Source of the DNA: Amphiscolops sp. MND2022
Lineage: Eukaryota
Direction of reading: 5' to 3'
Length of the DNA stretch: 64,000 nucleotides
NCBI GenBank assembly: GCA_964187785.1
Contig: OZ076409.1
Span: 67,582,001-67,646,000 of the forward strand
Under the pieces are notes generated by a model. The model saw nothing but the letters and a program-made list of their open reading frames with translations. It did not search any database and was not told the origin of the DNA. The position numbers were made by a program, and so were the translations under genes. This document shows, piece after piece, positions 39,501 through 49,500 of this stretch. Numbering within the stretch: position 1 is the first letter of the stretch; the number at the start of each line of letters is the position of its first letter.

Positions 39501-42500
39501 CATCCAATGTTTTCAGCCACGGAATATGAAACAAATATTAAACAAGCAAATCTGGTGGGTAAAAATTTACACGCTAAGTTTTTTTGTGGTTCTTTTTCAA
39601 ATTTTGACACTTGAATGAGCTTGCTTCACAACGTTTTGATAAACCTTTAGTTGGACAATCCTTGATGAGCAATCCAGGAGCAGAGCACAGAACGGTGACC
39701 ATTTTTGAGCATAGAAGAAGAAAGTTTCCAAATGCCGATATAATATTTTTATATCTTTACTTATGTTTTCAGCTAATTGACGGACATGACATTAAAGATC
39801 TGAACGTTCGCGGATTGCGTCATCAAATTTCTGTCGTCAGTCAAGAACCTTGTTTGTTCGACACCTCAATTCTAGACAACATTCGCTATGGGGCCTTGTG
39901 CAACGACGGAAACTATGATCTCAAAGTCAAAGAAGATGATGTCATGGACGCTGTCAAGAAAGCATTCGTGGATGAGTTCGCGCCAAAAATGCCTCATGGG
40001 TATGACACCAGAGTAGGTGAACGGGGAGCTCAGTTGTCAGGAGGACAGAAACAGAGAGTAGCCATTGCCAGAGCCTTGGTGCGAGACCCCAAAATTCTTA
40101 TTTTAGATGAAGCCACGTCTGCTTTGGATTCAGAGAATGAAAAAGTTAGTAGTTGTTCGATGTAGCATATCGTGCATAGTTCCACCTCAGATTCAGGTTC
40201 GGTTCCTGACTTGTGATCAAGAGACCACTACATTTGCAAAACATCAGTAAAATATTCGCAGGAAAAACTAGTGGGTTTTTCGCAATATACATCCGCTTAA
40301 AATGTAATTGAAGCCCCAAAAACACGCCACGTTTGTTCAGATTTTGGAAAGTTCAACTTTTTATTCGGCCGACTTTAGCTTCAAATCAAGTCCAAATTGT
40401 TAGAGTTACATCTGATTTCAACTAAAGTGTTATAATCAATTTCATTTCAAAACTGGATTTATTATTAGTGATGGACTGTTTTCAATATTCATCTAGCTGA
40501 AATATTGAAAAGTTAATCAAAGACCTGACAAAAAGTTACAGAGCTAACGAGTCGAAAGTTTCACTTCTAAAACTCTAGCGAAAATGACATTAATTAGTTT
40601 TGGATTAAACTGACCTTTGTTCAAGTTCGATGATTTGCTTCGCCAAATAAAGCCAACGTCCTGAGATACTAACATTAAGCGCTTTTAAGCGCTTCACACT
40701 TCAATGACGATGGCTTCAAAGACAAATTTTTGTTTAAAAATTGACGCTTCCGAGAAAACTATTGACATTTAGGCTTAAATTCTACCTAACCAACAATTAT
40801 ATACGTTGAATGTTGTCAAGAAAAAAATCTCTGAGAAAAGACATGAGAAAACTTTTAGAAAAAAGTTACACCAAAAACAATGGTTTTCATGATTTGACGT
40901 TGAAAAAATGATGTGACGATTCTAACATCACTAAGCTCAGAACACTATTTCAAACCTTACATCGCAGGGGAACTCGAATTACTCAGACAAGTAATTTAAA
41001 TCGTAAAATTGTCCAACAATGCCTTGCAACAATGCCTTTTGAATGAATTCTCGATTTCACAGTACCAAAAAACTCATGTAGGAACTCTTTTGGGCCTAAA
41101 AGATTATCTTTTCAAAATTTATTCACACGATAAACATCGCCAAAAGATTATTGCTTGTTTTCTCTAGGGAAAAACAATTCCGATATAACGTCAAAAATTC
41201 AGATATAGCACAGTATTTTCTAATATCCGCCTCCTGCTTAGTAAAACGGAATTTACTTCGGATAAGTCGTCGGAACCTCAGAGACAGCGTGCTTTTTTTC
41301 GATTTTCGAAGAAAGCGAAACATCAAAAGAGTTAAGATTCGAACATCTGCTTTCTCCTTAGTAAAGCGCAATGTCCTCCAGATACAACGTCGATAGATGG
41401 GATATAGCACAACATTTTTGAAGCCACGCCTCCTCCTTAGTGAGACGCAATTTCTTTCGGATATCACGTCAATATGTCGGATGCAGCACAATATTTTCGA
41501 TCCTCCGCCTCATCCTTTGGAAAACGCAATCTACTTCAGATATAACGTCAAAAATTCATAAAAAGCCCAATATTTTCGTATTCCGTCTCCTCATTGGTAA
41601 GACGCATTTTACTTCGAACAAAACGTTAAATAATCGGATGTAGCGCAGTATCTTCGAGCCTCAATCAATATCTTGATGAGAAATAAGTATCTGAATCAGT
41701 AAACGCAATATACTTCGGATATTACATCAAAAACACAGATATTGCGCAATGTTTTGTTTGTATCTGAAAAAAAAAAACAAATACTATAGCTCAGTTCGCT
41801 GGGCCAGATGGTACTTTCCAGACTTTAAGATTTTTTCAAGTTTGTAGAATTAGTATGGTCAGTTCGTTTGGTTTGAAAAGTTTCAAGAAAGAAAACGACG
41901 AAAATCCACTATGATAGTCTCGTTTCATTTTTAATTTTAGGCCTGTCGCATTATTTGAAATTGTATCGTGGTGTTTCCGTAACTAGTTCAAAATTAAAAT
42001 TAAGCTAGGTTGTCCAAAAACTGGCAAATTCAAAACTTAATACAGTAATTGTTTAATGACAAGAAGGTATATATATTGCCTATTGGTGTCAGAGTAAAAG
42101 TATTTGTTTCTCTCTTATAATTGACTGCTTCTTTCTAGGCAACGTTGCCTTTACGTAACAAGTGTTTTAACTTGATAATCTTTTGATAAATCACCTCAAT
42201 TAGTGATGTAACTGTAGGTGAAACTAAGTTTCTCAATTAAAGTTACAACAACTCAAGTAATGCTCATATACTTCGAGTTTTCAAGCAAATTTGCATCACA
42301 AGAAAGAGTTTGAGCAAAATTAAATGCAGGTAATGCAAAAGCATGAAGTGTGGCTGAAAATTCAGATGCAAAGAGATATCAAAAGAAATGGCTGGTGTAC
42401 ATGAGGAATATTCTAAAAGAAGTTGCTTAAGAAACCGATACGGACCGCATGAGAAAACCCGTCTTCAGTCAAAACAACAAAAATTCGTTGATTTTTTTGT

Positions 42501-42889
42501 GCTTACACCAGGTAGAAAGGTGATTGAACCGAAGCCTTAACTTTTTGCTTGTCAAAAAATCTATTTTCTGTACAATGGAGTTTCATTTTGAACCAAAGAG
42601 GAGAAAAGTTACAAGAAAAATCAGCTGAATAGCTATTTCTGAATGGCTCCAAACCGGTTCACCAATTTTGCCTAATTTTAAGATGATCCAAGATGCCCTA
42701 GAAACTGCGAGCCACGACAGGACGTGTCTGATGATTGCGCACAGACTGTCCACAGTGCAGAGGGCTGACGTCATCGTGGTCATGGAGCATGGGAGGATAG
42801 TGCAGCAGGGCACCCACGACCAGCTGCTCAACGACCAGAACGGCCTCTACTACAAACTGTGCCAGGGACAGAGTTTCCGATCTTCTTAG
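4777..42889 (+). CDS. ABCB1: ABCB1/MDR1 P-glycoprotein-like full ABC transporter (TMD-NBD-TMD-NBD), 23 coding exons, ~1303 aa
   Basis: Manual splice: 4777-4856, 6179-6257, 6981-7203, 9049-9146, 10311-10444, 13202-13373, 13543-13667, 13941-14082, 23802-23945, 24401-24511, 24586-24711, 25112-25315, 25621-25791, 25938-26118, 30605-30723, 30927-31070, 34183-34362, 36734-37021, 37647-37747, 38482-38625, 38902-39268, 39773-40144, 42683-42889. All GT..AG with matching phases, total 3912 nt. Both NBDs have Walker [21 protein letters not shown] and AHRLST; TMD1 has LRQDIGWFD. Symbol indicates family, not proven orthology. Confidence 0.93.
6179..6257 (+). CDS. ABCB1: ABCB1-like exon 2
   Basis: ttttctag acceptor; [26 protein letters not shown]; gtaagt donor; joins FSLATKLD as in the ABCB elbow helix. 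Confidence 0.8.
6315..6418. repeat. 104-bp loop-less palindrome
   Basis: Self-complementary with one mismatch, centre GTTAAC. Confidence 0.92.
6490..6780. repeat. Dispersed repeat with internal AATGAC minisatellite
   Basis: 6490-6665 is the reverse complement of ~23560-23720; tandem aaaatgac(ccctt) units at 6682-6760. Confidence 0.75.
6830..6976. mobile_element. Dispersed non-autonomous element ending in CTTGTT (HINE/DINE-1-like terminus)
   Basis: Reverse complement of ~15423-15560 (aacaagacgcccgctgag..); related ends at ~7765 and ~15139; family assignment is inference. Confidence 0.55.
6981..7203 (+). CDS. ABCB1: ABCB1-like exon 3 (TM1, glycosylated loop)
   Basis: [35 protein letters not shown] and NST sequons; gtgagt donor. 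Confidence 0.9.
9049..9146 (+). CDS. ABCB1: ABCB1-like exon 4 (TM2)
   Basis: [32 protein letters not shown]; tttcag / gtgaga. Confidence 0.88.
9902..10231. repeat. Perfect minisatellite, 30 bp x 11
   Basis: AACACTGATCGTAGAGGAAGCCGAAGAAAA repeated head-to-tail with no spacers. Confidence 0.97.
10311..10444 (+). CDS. ABCB1: ABCB1-like exon 5
   Basis: [44 protein letters not shown]. Confidence 0.93.
10860..11762. repeat. Repeat element with CTTGCAAG-rich ends (MITE-like)
   Basis: Clusters of the palindromic octamer cttgcaag at 10865-11020 and 11655-11726; boundaries approximate. Confidence 0.45.
13202..13373 (+). CDS. ABCB1: ABCB1-like exon 6 (TM3-4)
   Basis: [57 protein letters not shown]; gttagt donor. 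Confidence 0.9.
13543..13667 (+). CDS. ABCB1: ABCB1-like exon 7
   Basis: [41 protein letters not shown]. Confidence 0.92.
13941..14082 (+). CDS. ABCB1: ABCB1-like exon 8 (TM5)
   Basis: [47 protein letters not shown]; gtaagt donor. Confidence 0.9.
14250..14850 (-). mobile_element. Non-autonomous Helitron-like repeat (copy 1)
   Basis: Inverted homolog at ~43255-43832; ~180-bp internal subrepeats; palindrome ccgcatatgcgg just before a CTRGT-like end. Confidence 0.55.
15696..17354 (+). repeat. 5' LTR
   Basis: Direct repeat of 19196-20849, TG..CA ends. Confidence 0.95.
17355..17367 (+). promoter_or_regulatory. Primer-binding site (tRNA-Leu-like)
   Basis: TGGTGACAGGAGT directly after the LTR, identical to 55433-55445; one mismatch from the tRNA-Leu-type PBS TGGTGTCAGGAGT. 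Confidence 0.8.
17510..17860 (+). pseudogene. Decayed reverse transcriptase fragment
   Basis: [43 protein letters not shown] aligns by eye with IVEFNDIFAPHRLDIGMNTQFKVSLTPQDDKPVYTQSLPVPIN at ~58215; stops and frameshifts follow. Confidence 0.85.
19196..20849 (+). repeat. 3' LTR
   Basis: Direct repeat of 15696-17354 followed by GAGGG. Confidence 0.95.
22480..23460. repeat. Degenerate tandem array, ~185-195-bp period
   Basis: actggac(aac/taa) anchors at ~22645, 22830, 23014 and 23210, alternating between two variants. Confidence 0.6.
23802..23945 (+). CDS. ABCB1: ABCB1-like exon 9 (TM6)
   Basis: [48 protein letters not shown]. Confidence 0.88.
24401..24511 (+). CDS. ABCB1: ABCB1-like exon 10 (NBD1 start)
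   Basis: [37 protein letters not shown]. Confidence 0.93.
24586..24711 (+). CDS. ABCB1: ABCB1-like exon 11 (NBD1 Walker A)
   Basis: [42 protein letters not shown]. Confidence 0.95.
25112..25315 (+). CDS. ABCB1: ABCB1-like exon 12 (Q-loop)
   Basis: [41 protein letters not shown]...FISKLPE. Confidence 0.95.
25621..25791 (+). CDS. ABCB1: ABCB1-like exon 13 (signature, Walker B)
   Basis: [44 protein letters not shown]. Confidence 0.96.
25938..26118 (+). CDS. ABCB1: ABCB1-like exon 14 (H-loop)
   Basis: [40 protein letters not shown]. Confidence 0.93.
27440..28330 (-). pseudogene. Tc1/mariner-superfamily (Tc1-like) transposase relic
   Basis: Minus-strand fragments: ..RPRKL.. (HTH linker), [23 protein letters not shown] and SPDLNPV, with frameshifts and stops. 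Confidence 0.85.
30605..30723 (+). CDS. ABCB1: ABCB1-like exon 15 (charged linker)
   Basis: [39 protein letters not shown]; supplies the phase 1 to phase 0 bridge required between exons 14 and 16. Confidence 0.75.
30927..31070 (+). CDS. ABCB1: ABCB1-like exon 16 (TM7)
   Basis: [48 protein letters not shown]. Confidence 0.9.
32214..33128. mobile_element. MITE with terminal inverted repeats and internal GATCTGCA repeats
   Basis: cccaggttttcaatctttgcgattctgt.. versus ..acagattcgcaaagatcgaaaagctggg. Confidence 0.7.
34183..34362 (+). CDS. ABCB1: ABCB1-like exon 17 (TM8)
   Basis: [20 protein letters not shown]...[17 protein letters not shown]. Confidence 0.92.
36734..37021 (+). CDS. ABCB1: ABCB1-like exon 18 (TM9-10)
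   Basis: [34 protein letters not shown]...[11 protein letters not shown]. Confidence 0.94.
37044..37121. repeat. 78-bp loop-less palindrome
   Basis: Self-complementary with two mismatches, centre GTTAAC. Confidence 0.92.
37647..37747 (+). CDS. ABCB1: ABCB1-like exon 19
   Basis: [33 protein letters not shown]. Confidence 0.92.
38482..38625 (+). CDS. ABCB1: ABCB1-like exon 20 (TM11)
   Basis: [47 protein letters not shown]. Confidence 0.92.
38902..39268 (+). CDS. ABCB1: ABCB1-like exon 21 (TM12, NBD2 Walker A)
   Basis: [13 protein letters not shown]...[14 protein letters not shown]...[21 protein letters not shown]. Confidence 0.95.
39773..40144 (+). CDS. ABCB1: ABCB1-like exon 22 (NBD2 core)
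   Basis: [12 protein letters not shown]...VSQEP...[37 protein letters not shown]. Confidence 0.96.
41160..41760. repeat. Degenerate ~80-bp tandem repeat
   Basis: Recurring ctccttagtaaa(a)cgcaat..cttcggatataacgtcaaaaa..gatatagcacaa units. Confidence 0.6.
42683..42889 (+). CDS. ABCB1: ABCB1-like exon 23 (terminal)
   Basis: [29 protein letters not shown]...[19 protein letters not shown]. Confidence 0.94.
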   Translation: MIQDALETASHDRTCLMIAHRLSTVQRADVIVVMEHGRIVQQGTHDQLLNDQNGLYYKLCQGQSFRSS

Positions 42890-42964
42890 ATCTTACCAGT
42901 GGCACTTTTGGTTTGGATCTAATGGATTAGATGGAACGTGTAATATCCCTATATGCGAACTGTA

Positions 42965-42970
42965 AATAAA
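42965..42970 (+). terminator. Putative polyadenylation signal
   Basis: AATAAA ~75 nt after the ABCB1-like stop codon. Confidence 0.55.
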
Positions 42971-43254
42971 ACGAAAATGTATAATATTGAAGTATAAGTC
43001 TGCTTCTTGTGTACTGGAATGAAAAACATTTAAAATTAAATTGCCTGAACTGATTTCGATTCCGAATAACTCATTTGTCTATCGTCACTTTTTCCTCAAA
43101 TGAGGAATTCGGCTTCATTATATGCTAGCTGTGATCGAACTGCAGTTTAGCAAATACTATACATGTATAGTATCGATAGATAAGCCTGCTTCGTGTGTAC
43201 TGGAATTAAATGTAGTAGATTGAATTGCCTAAATTGATTTTAAATTCAAATTAT

Positions 43255-43832
43255 TCCTGCGTCTTTTCTTCTTTTTTTCTCATGGTCAGAAAGTTTTTCC
43301 ACCGACCTTTTAATGAAAATTTCAAGTTTCTCAAAAATTGTCCACACGATTTTCATAAAATTTTCCACAGTCATTCTACACCCAAAGGTGAAGATTTCGA
43401 TGTCATTGTGCCCACAGGGGCCCCTTTGGGTGTAGAATGACTGTGGAAAAGTACGGTAAGACAGGGATCTAAGAATCATAGCCAAAAATAGCACAAAAAT
43501 CACCAAAAAACAGCTATTTTTGGACGGTTTTCGATTTTCGATTTGCTCAAAAACCGTCCATACAATTCGAAGTTTTCGACAGTCATTCTGAACGCAATTA
43601 GGGTCCTATGTGTGTAATGACATCAAAATAGTTCGACTGGTATCTGGGGAACAGCCAAAATTAGTCCCAGATTTTCTCAGAAACTCTTCACGATTTGAAC
43701 GAACGTTTATTGTGTCTTTTTAAACCATATAAGGACTTTATATGTGCAAGTTCATCAAACTCGTATGACTGGAATACGTGCGAGTCAGAAGGAAAAAGTC
43801 CTAGTCCGACTCCGCACATGCGGCTTTAGTTT
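43255..43832 (+). mobile_element. Non-autonomous Helitron-like repeat (copy 2)
   Basis: Reverse-complement homolog of 14250-14850; ends ccgcacatgcggctttagt. Confidence 0.55.
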
Positions 43833-44195
43833 TGTAAGGTAATTACAAATTTTTAAATTTACCGATTTTGTTGTTTGATTGGAGAACGTTTGGAGTAGAT
43901 AACTTTTATTTCGACCTAGAGTTAAAGTTTCTATTTGAGTTCATAATACTTTTCCTTCTTTTTAATGTAATTAATTAGGATTAATTCTACATTGTATTAT
44001 TTACTTTTTTTCTGTGTGTCAAAAAGGCAGTTTGAGTATTGAATTAGGACTATTGAGGCGCTGGGAACCCAACTTTACCGATCGAACAACTTCCTAATTT
44101 TCATCGTGCGTGAAAAATTGATAACTTCAAAAGTTTCGGGGATAATTTAGGTTTTCGAGGACTTCAGCATTTTTGTGTCTGTCAAGTTAAAAAGA

Positions 44196-45586
44196 TGTCG
44201 CAAGCTGATGCTTGGACGGGAATTACTACCAAGTTTCTCCCTGATAATGTTGCCACAATACCACCACCAGGAACCTTCGCGATCTAATAACTGGGGATCC
44301 AAGGTCAGCCCGACTACAACGAAATCCGAGCGCCGAAATACAAACTATAAACTAAATAGGCTTTGTTATTACATAAACTAATCAACATGAATATTTATAC
44401 AGTTACACGGATAAAAAGATCTGTATCAATAATGCAATTTAGTTGAACTTGTACCGTTAATCAAATGCAATTGAAATAACTATCGAGTACACTGGTAAAT
44501 GGAAGCGCGTTCAACTAGTACGGTGCTATAGTCTAGGTGACGCGTGGTCCAAAGTGCATTTATTAGCCAACCACATTTCAGCGTGCACAGTCGCTGTAGT
44601 CAAACAGACGTTACGTCCACTCTTTCTATATTAGAGTACATGTAATTATGTGTAAATACAAACTATACACTATGTTTTTCTTGCAGTTTTCTGTTATGCC
44701 TTATATATTCGAACATATACATACACATATAACCATGTGTTTTCACATTTATAGTTAGCCCAATTACGATGTTTTTTCTAGAATAATATAGGCGACAGTT
44801 AGTGACGTAATAGTATTTATCTATTTATTGTTATAATGACGCGATATTATTCTACTTTTAGTCGCATGACACCCTAATTTTGGGAAGTCATGTCTTGCTT
44901 ATTATACAGACTGGACACCCGGTCACCGAGGAAGATTCTTGAAACTGATATTGATACATTCAACACTGCTCTGTTATCTGAATTAAATATTGGACAGTTA
45001 AAGGTTCTTGAAATGCCTTCAACTAGGAAGCAGAAAGTTAAAGAGAAACGATCAGGAGACTCTGACATGATGTCAGACATAGAAAATTTAGACATGATTC
45101 TAGGTAATCTCTCAGAAAACTCCCTTGTAGAAGGACACGAAAATGAGAGAAGTGAAATTGGCACAGCGTCAGCTGGGCTACAGGAAAATACAAATACTTT
45201 GGTGGAAGTCTTTAGTAATAGTAGAGGAAATAGTGAGATTACCGCAAAAACTATTGGAATTCCTAATGAGGAATTGAGTTCACAAATATCAAGAAAGACG
45301 GAGTGAAAAGAGGACTGGATTCACAGATTCTAACAGCGATTACCACTGCAATTACTGAAAAGGTAATTCCAGGACTGCGAAAAAGTATAGAAACTTAACA
45401 CACTTGAAAGTGTGTTAACTGCAAAATTGGACCGTCAGCCAGTTGGAACAGTCAGGAATACCGAAGGTACTGAAACGTGCATAATTGCTTCAATTCAATC
45501 CAAACTAGGCAAGAATGCTGGTATTCTAAACAGTAACGTTTGGAATAGTGAGTTAGACCCAATTTGAAACGAACGAGACTACGACA
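44196..45586 (+). mobile_element. Solo LTR carrying a gag N-terminal ORF
   Basis: TGTCG..CGACA inverted ends; flanks AAAGA / GAAGA (TSD, one mismatch); ORF MPSTRKQKVKEKRS.. from 45013. Confidence 0.7.
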
Positions 45587-45683
45587 GAAGAGGATAAACT
45601 TCACTCATTTAGCTTTTTTCTGTTCAAGAAACGAAAAATCTCAGATTTAAGCTCAATATTGAAAAAAAAATTCCCCAAGTTTA

Positions 45684-46560
45684 TGTTGTTTGTTGTTGTT
45701 GTTGTTGTTTTGTGGATTCCCAGATTAACTGGAGGGATTTCACCTTATGTTTCATTAAACACATATCCAGTTTTGGCGACAGTTTTGGCAGTCCAAGAGC
45801 AGATCAAGCATTCATTGTAGAAATTTCTTATGTAGCTTTCATATAGTCTAAGAGCGGATTTTTGAGACCATCTGGATTAAAGAAGTCTACATAGTGAGGT
45901 AGACGACTTACCACTCTGCAAGTCCTGAAACAAAATTCAGAGCGAGCCCGTTCTGTTCGCAAGGTGGGAAGCGTGAAACTTGTGTGTCTGCGATTGTTTT
46001 CACTGTTTCATAAAACTCTATTTCGCCTGTATTTTGATGCTTGAGATGTAAAGAAGACTATTTAGTTGCCAGAACATTGGAAGCGGTAAAACATTGAGTT
46101 TCAGCATAAGGGAACAATAACACGAGTGATAATCTGCAGCTATAAGTTTCAAGACCTGTTTTTGGAAAGATTCCAGTTTTTTCATCGGAGCTTTGGAGAG
46201 AGAAATTGAGGGAGCAGGGAAAGTTGCCAAGATATACTAGTATAACGATCAACTCCAATGTTCAAATTCAGTGATGTTGCGATTTAAGAAATTTGATGAA
46301 AATTCTAATTCAATGTTTGACGCGGCACTGAGCATGTGATTGCTCTTTCCGCTGTTTCTACTAGATTGGCAGGTACTTCGAAAACAAAGAGCAAGATCGA
46401 GCAAAAACACAAGAGCAGCCGCCATCACAAACCCCAGAGACTGCAAAAACCTTTGGAAAGAGACTCTTTTGCAGGTGCTAACACTCGGTTTTTCTTGATT
46501 TCAGCAGTATGCTACTTTAAGTAGCGAAAACCGTGAAGATGGGTCTTTTTGTCTAATTTA
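45684..46560 (-). mobile_element. 5'-truncated LINE (CR1/L2-like) 3' fragment
   Basis: Minus-strand LESFQK..Y..LMLKLNVLPL, typical of the region after RT in CR1/L2 ORF2; (AAC)n tail at 45684-45710. Confidence 0.6.
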
Positions 46561-49500
46561 CAAAACTTGTGCCTGTGGTGCCCCAGCTTACGAGCTGAAA
46601 GAGGATATTGCCAAAATGGACCAGATTGCTGCACATTTTTTTGATTTTATGGCTTCTTCTGCAACTTTAGATCTTATTCCGCAATTTTAGATGTTATTCC
46701 TCAAGTACCCTGAATGACTTATATCTGCATCAATTCCTAATGGAACATTTTTAGAGGCTGTCTTAAAAGACAAAGCGTAATTCACGTTACTGGCAGCAAT
46801 CAAAGGATGGAACAGGCGGAATCCCCCTTCTTACGGGACAACTTTCACCCTGGAGGCAAAAGGGGCCTATAGCTATGGGCACATGTACCGAGCAAAGACC
46901 CATGTCATATGTTCCTCCTTTTTCACTGACGGAGGAGCAACGGTGACAGCTTGCCGTTACATGGAGAAAATATTATGGCGACATCAGAGGGATGGGATCG
47001 TCTTGAGCTGCTTCCCTTAAGGGTTTTAAGATTCAGCTCCCTGGTGATTGACGCCAGGAACGACGTGGCTCTGGTTGGGGATGTTTACGATGTTAGATGA
47101 ATAGTTTGTTTTCATCGTTTTGTAAAGGTTCAGTGTTATTGACAGGTATTCTATGGCAGTCTTTCTGTCAGTTTTTTTTTCAGCGAAATTTGCCGAATAC
47201 CGAAGGTATTTGTTAGTGAAAGATGTTTGTTGACAGATATAGTCTGACATTGCAAGGTTCCCATCAGCGGGTACTCTTTCTGGAAGCATAGCTGACAGTA
47301 GCACGTTGCTACTGGTGTCTAACAGTTTGTTTTAGCTATTTTCAGTGTTTTGCGCTTATGTACGAGATGTGAAACTGATGGGTGCGCCATGTTTCAACCG
47401 ACAAATAGGTGACAAGAAACGAGTGTTATGACTGCGTATTTTTTGTAAGAATTCAATTGGTCATGCTAGTGTTCCGTTCCCCTGTTGCAACTCGGTGTGT
47501 GCTTTTGAAACCGTTTTCAATGAAAAACGCGCGATTTCCAGCGCAAAAGTAGCAAGAATGCTATTCAGGCATGTTTGACAATTTTCTTGGTACGAGCGCA
47601 AGCGTCTGGTTATTAGCCATAACAGGTGCGAAAATGATAAGAAAGTAGCCCAAAACCTCGAGAGGTTCGATACAAAATGCAAAGATAACCAAAAAGTCCG
47701 CCAGAGAACTTTTTTAGACGCATTTTGTTTGGAACAACCCGACTTTTGAGACTTTAGCAAAACACCATCAGAAACTGTCACTGAGAGAGCGCCGTAAAAT
47801 ATCGTAATTGCCTCACCCGTGCTGCTACAAATTTGATGCACATTCCACGGCACAAAACAATGTTTGAGAAGGTTTTTAACGTCTTCTTGGTGAGAAAAAG
47901 TCAAAAAACCATGAGTTTTGGCTAGTTTCAGGAGCGTCCGAGAACACCATTAAAACGTGTGGGCAAAAAAAGGATTTTTTTTGAAGTTTTTTGAATTAGC
48001 TTGAACACTTTAGTCAAAGGGTGAGGTAATTACCCACCATTGTAACTTATGTTGATATATGTGTCTGGGACAAAAAAAACGAGCTTGATAGCCCGTAACG
48101 GTGTACCGGAATTCCGGATTACACGTGAAAAACTGTGCATACTGGAACGTAGTAGTACAAAACGTCTGTACTGTGTTTAAATTTTATCTAGTTGCTTTGG
48201 CTCAAATCGTTGAATAATTCAGTGTATCGCAGTAAACGCGAGATTGCGCGGTCGATTTTGAGCTCAAACCTACGTTTCAAGCGTGAGCACGAGCGACTTA
48301 CGTTTTTTTCGGATGAGTATGAAAGAAAACGCGGAAAAGCCTCTTGCCTGTGACTTAAAATTAAAACCTCAATTCAGGACTCACTTTTCAAATCAGTAAA
48401 TCAGTAGCATGGTGTTTCAAATTTTCTGGCACGCTACATCCCTCAGAACAAATTTTGAAACCTCTCGGACGTGCCATTCCATCTTTTCCGTTTAAGGTTT
48501 CACCAGGACGATAACTAAAAAACTTGCTAGAAACCCATTGCTACGTGTCGGAAACCTACAAAACCCCATAAGCGTTGATTCACAATCGCGAACTTATTGT
48601 TTTACGTGTAAAATTAGGGTCTGTAGCGAGTTTGCGTCCTGAGATCAAAGTATTCTGTTACACAAAGTTGCGATAACCTTTTTTTGTAGCATGTGGGACT
48701 ATTTTCTTGAATCGTTCGTCGCTGTACCCTAGCTGAGAAGTAGGGTCAAACTTCTGCCCACCATTGTACTCAGTGCCGGATGTTACACCGTTAATTGAAA
48801 AGCGAGCTCACGAGCTCAACCCAGTAAACGAAACACTTGGATCACACGTCTGTACTGTTTCGAAATCTCTTTCAAGTGTCCTAGCCCGAATCCGCGAATA
48901 GTACCTTGTGCTTGGGTATAGGTAAGATCGTGTGGCCAATTGTGAGCCCTATCCGACGTTTACAGCGTGTGTACGAGCTACTTGAGTGGTATTCAAAAAA
49001 ATCTGAAAAAAAAACAAAAAAATCTGTGAAAATTTCTCTAACTCATTTCTGGAAGCAAACATTCGCTTCGGGATTTTCATTTTCAATCCTGTTTGTCTGT
49101 CAGAACGTGCTGTATAAATGTTGGCAAACTACGACTGCTACAACTGTTTTTGACTGATGACAGAATGGCGCTTCAGTAAAAACCTGCAAAAAACCGTCAA
49201 AATTCGAACACTGTAAAACCCGAATACTTCCGCTGTACCAAAGGCAGGGCCAAAGTGCATTCATTTTCCAATTTTGAACATATGTTGGGCCTCCCTGGGC
49301 GCAAACGAGGCAAATCCTACTGTTCAAAAAATGCCGACAGGTTCAAAAAAATGGGTCATTATTTTTCGACTTCCCTGAAGCAGTGAATTTTATTTTTTTT
49401 GTAATGCCCAAATCAGTAGTTTGTAAGTGCCTGAGGGCACTCCAAATCAAATTTTGCAATTTAAACGCCTCTAGACATTACGCTAAGAGCCTGCACAGGG

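Noticed and set aside
25049..40165. Separate half-transporter genes suggested by isolated NBD ORFs
   Set aside because: All pieces splice in phase into a single full-length TMD-NBD-TMD-NBD protein.
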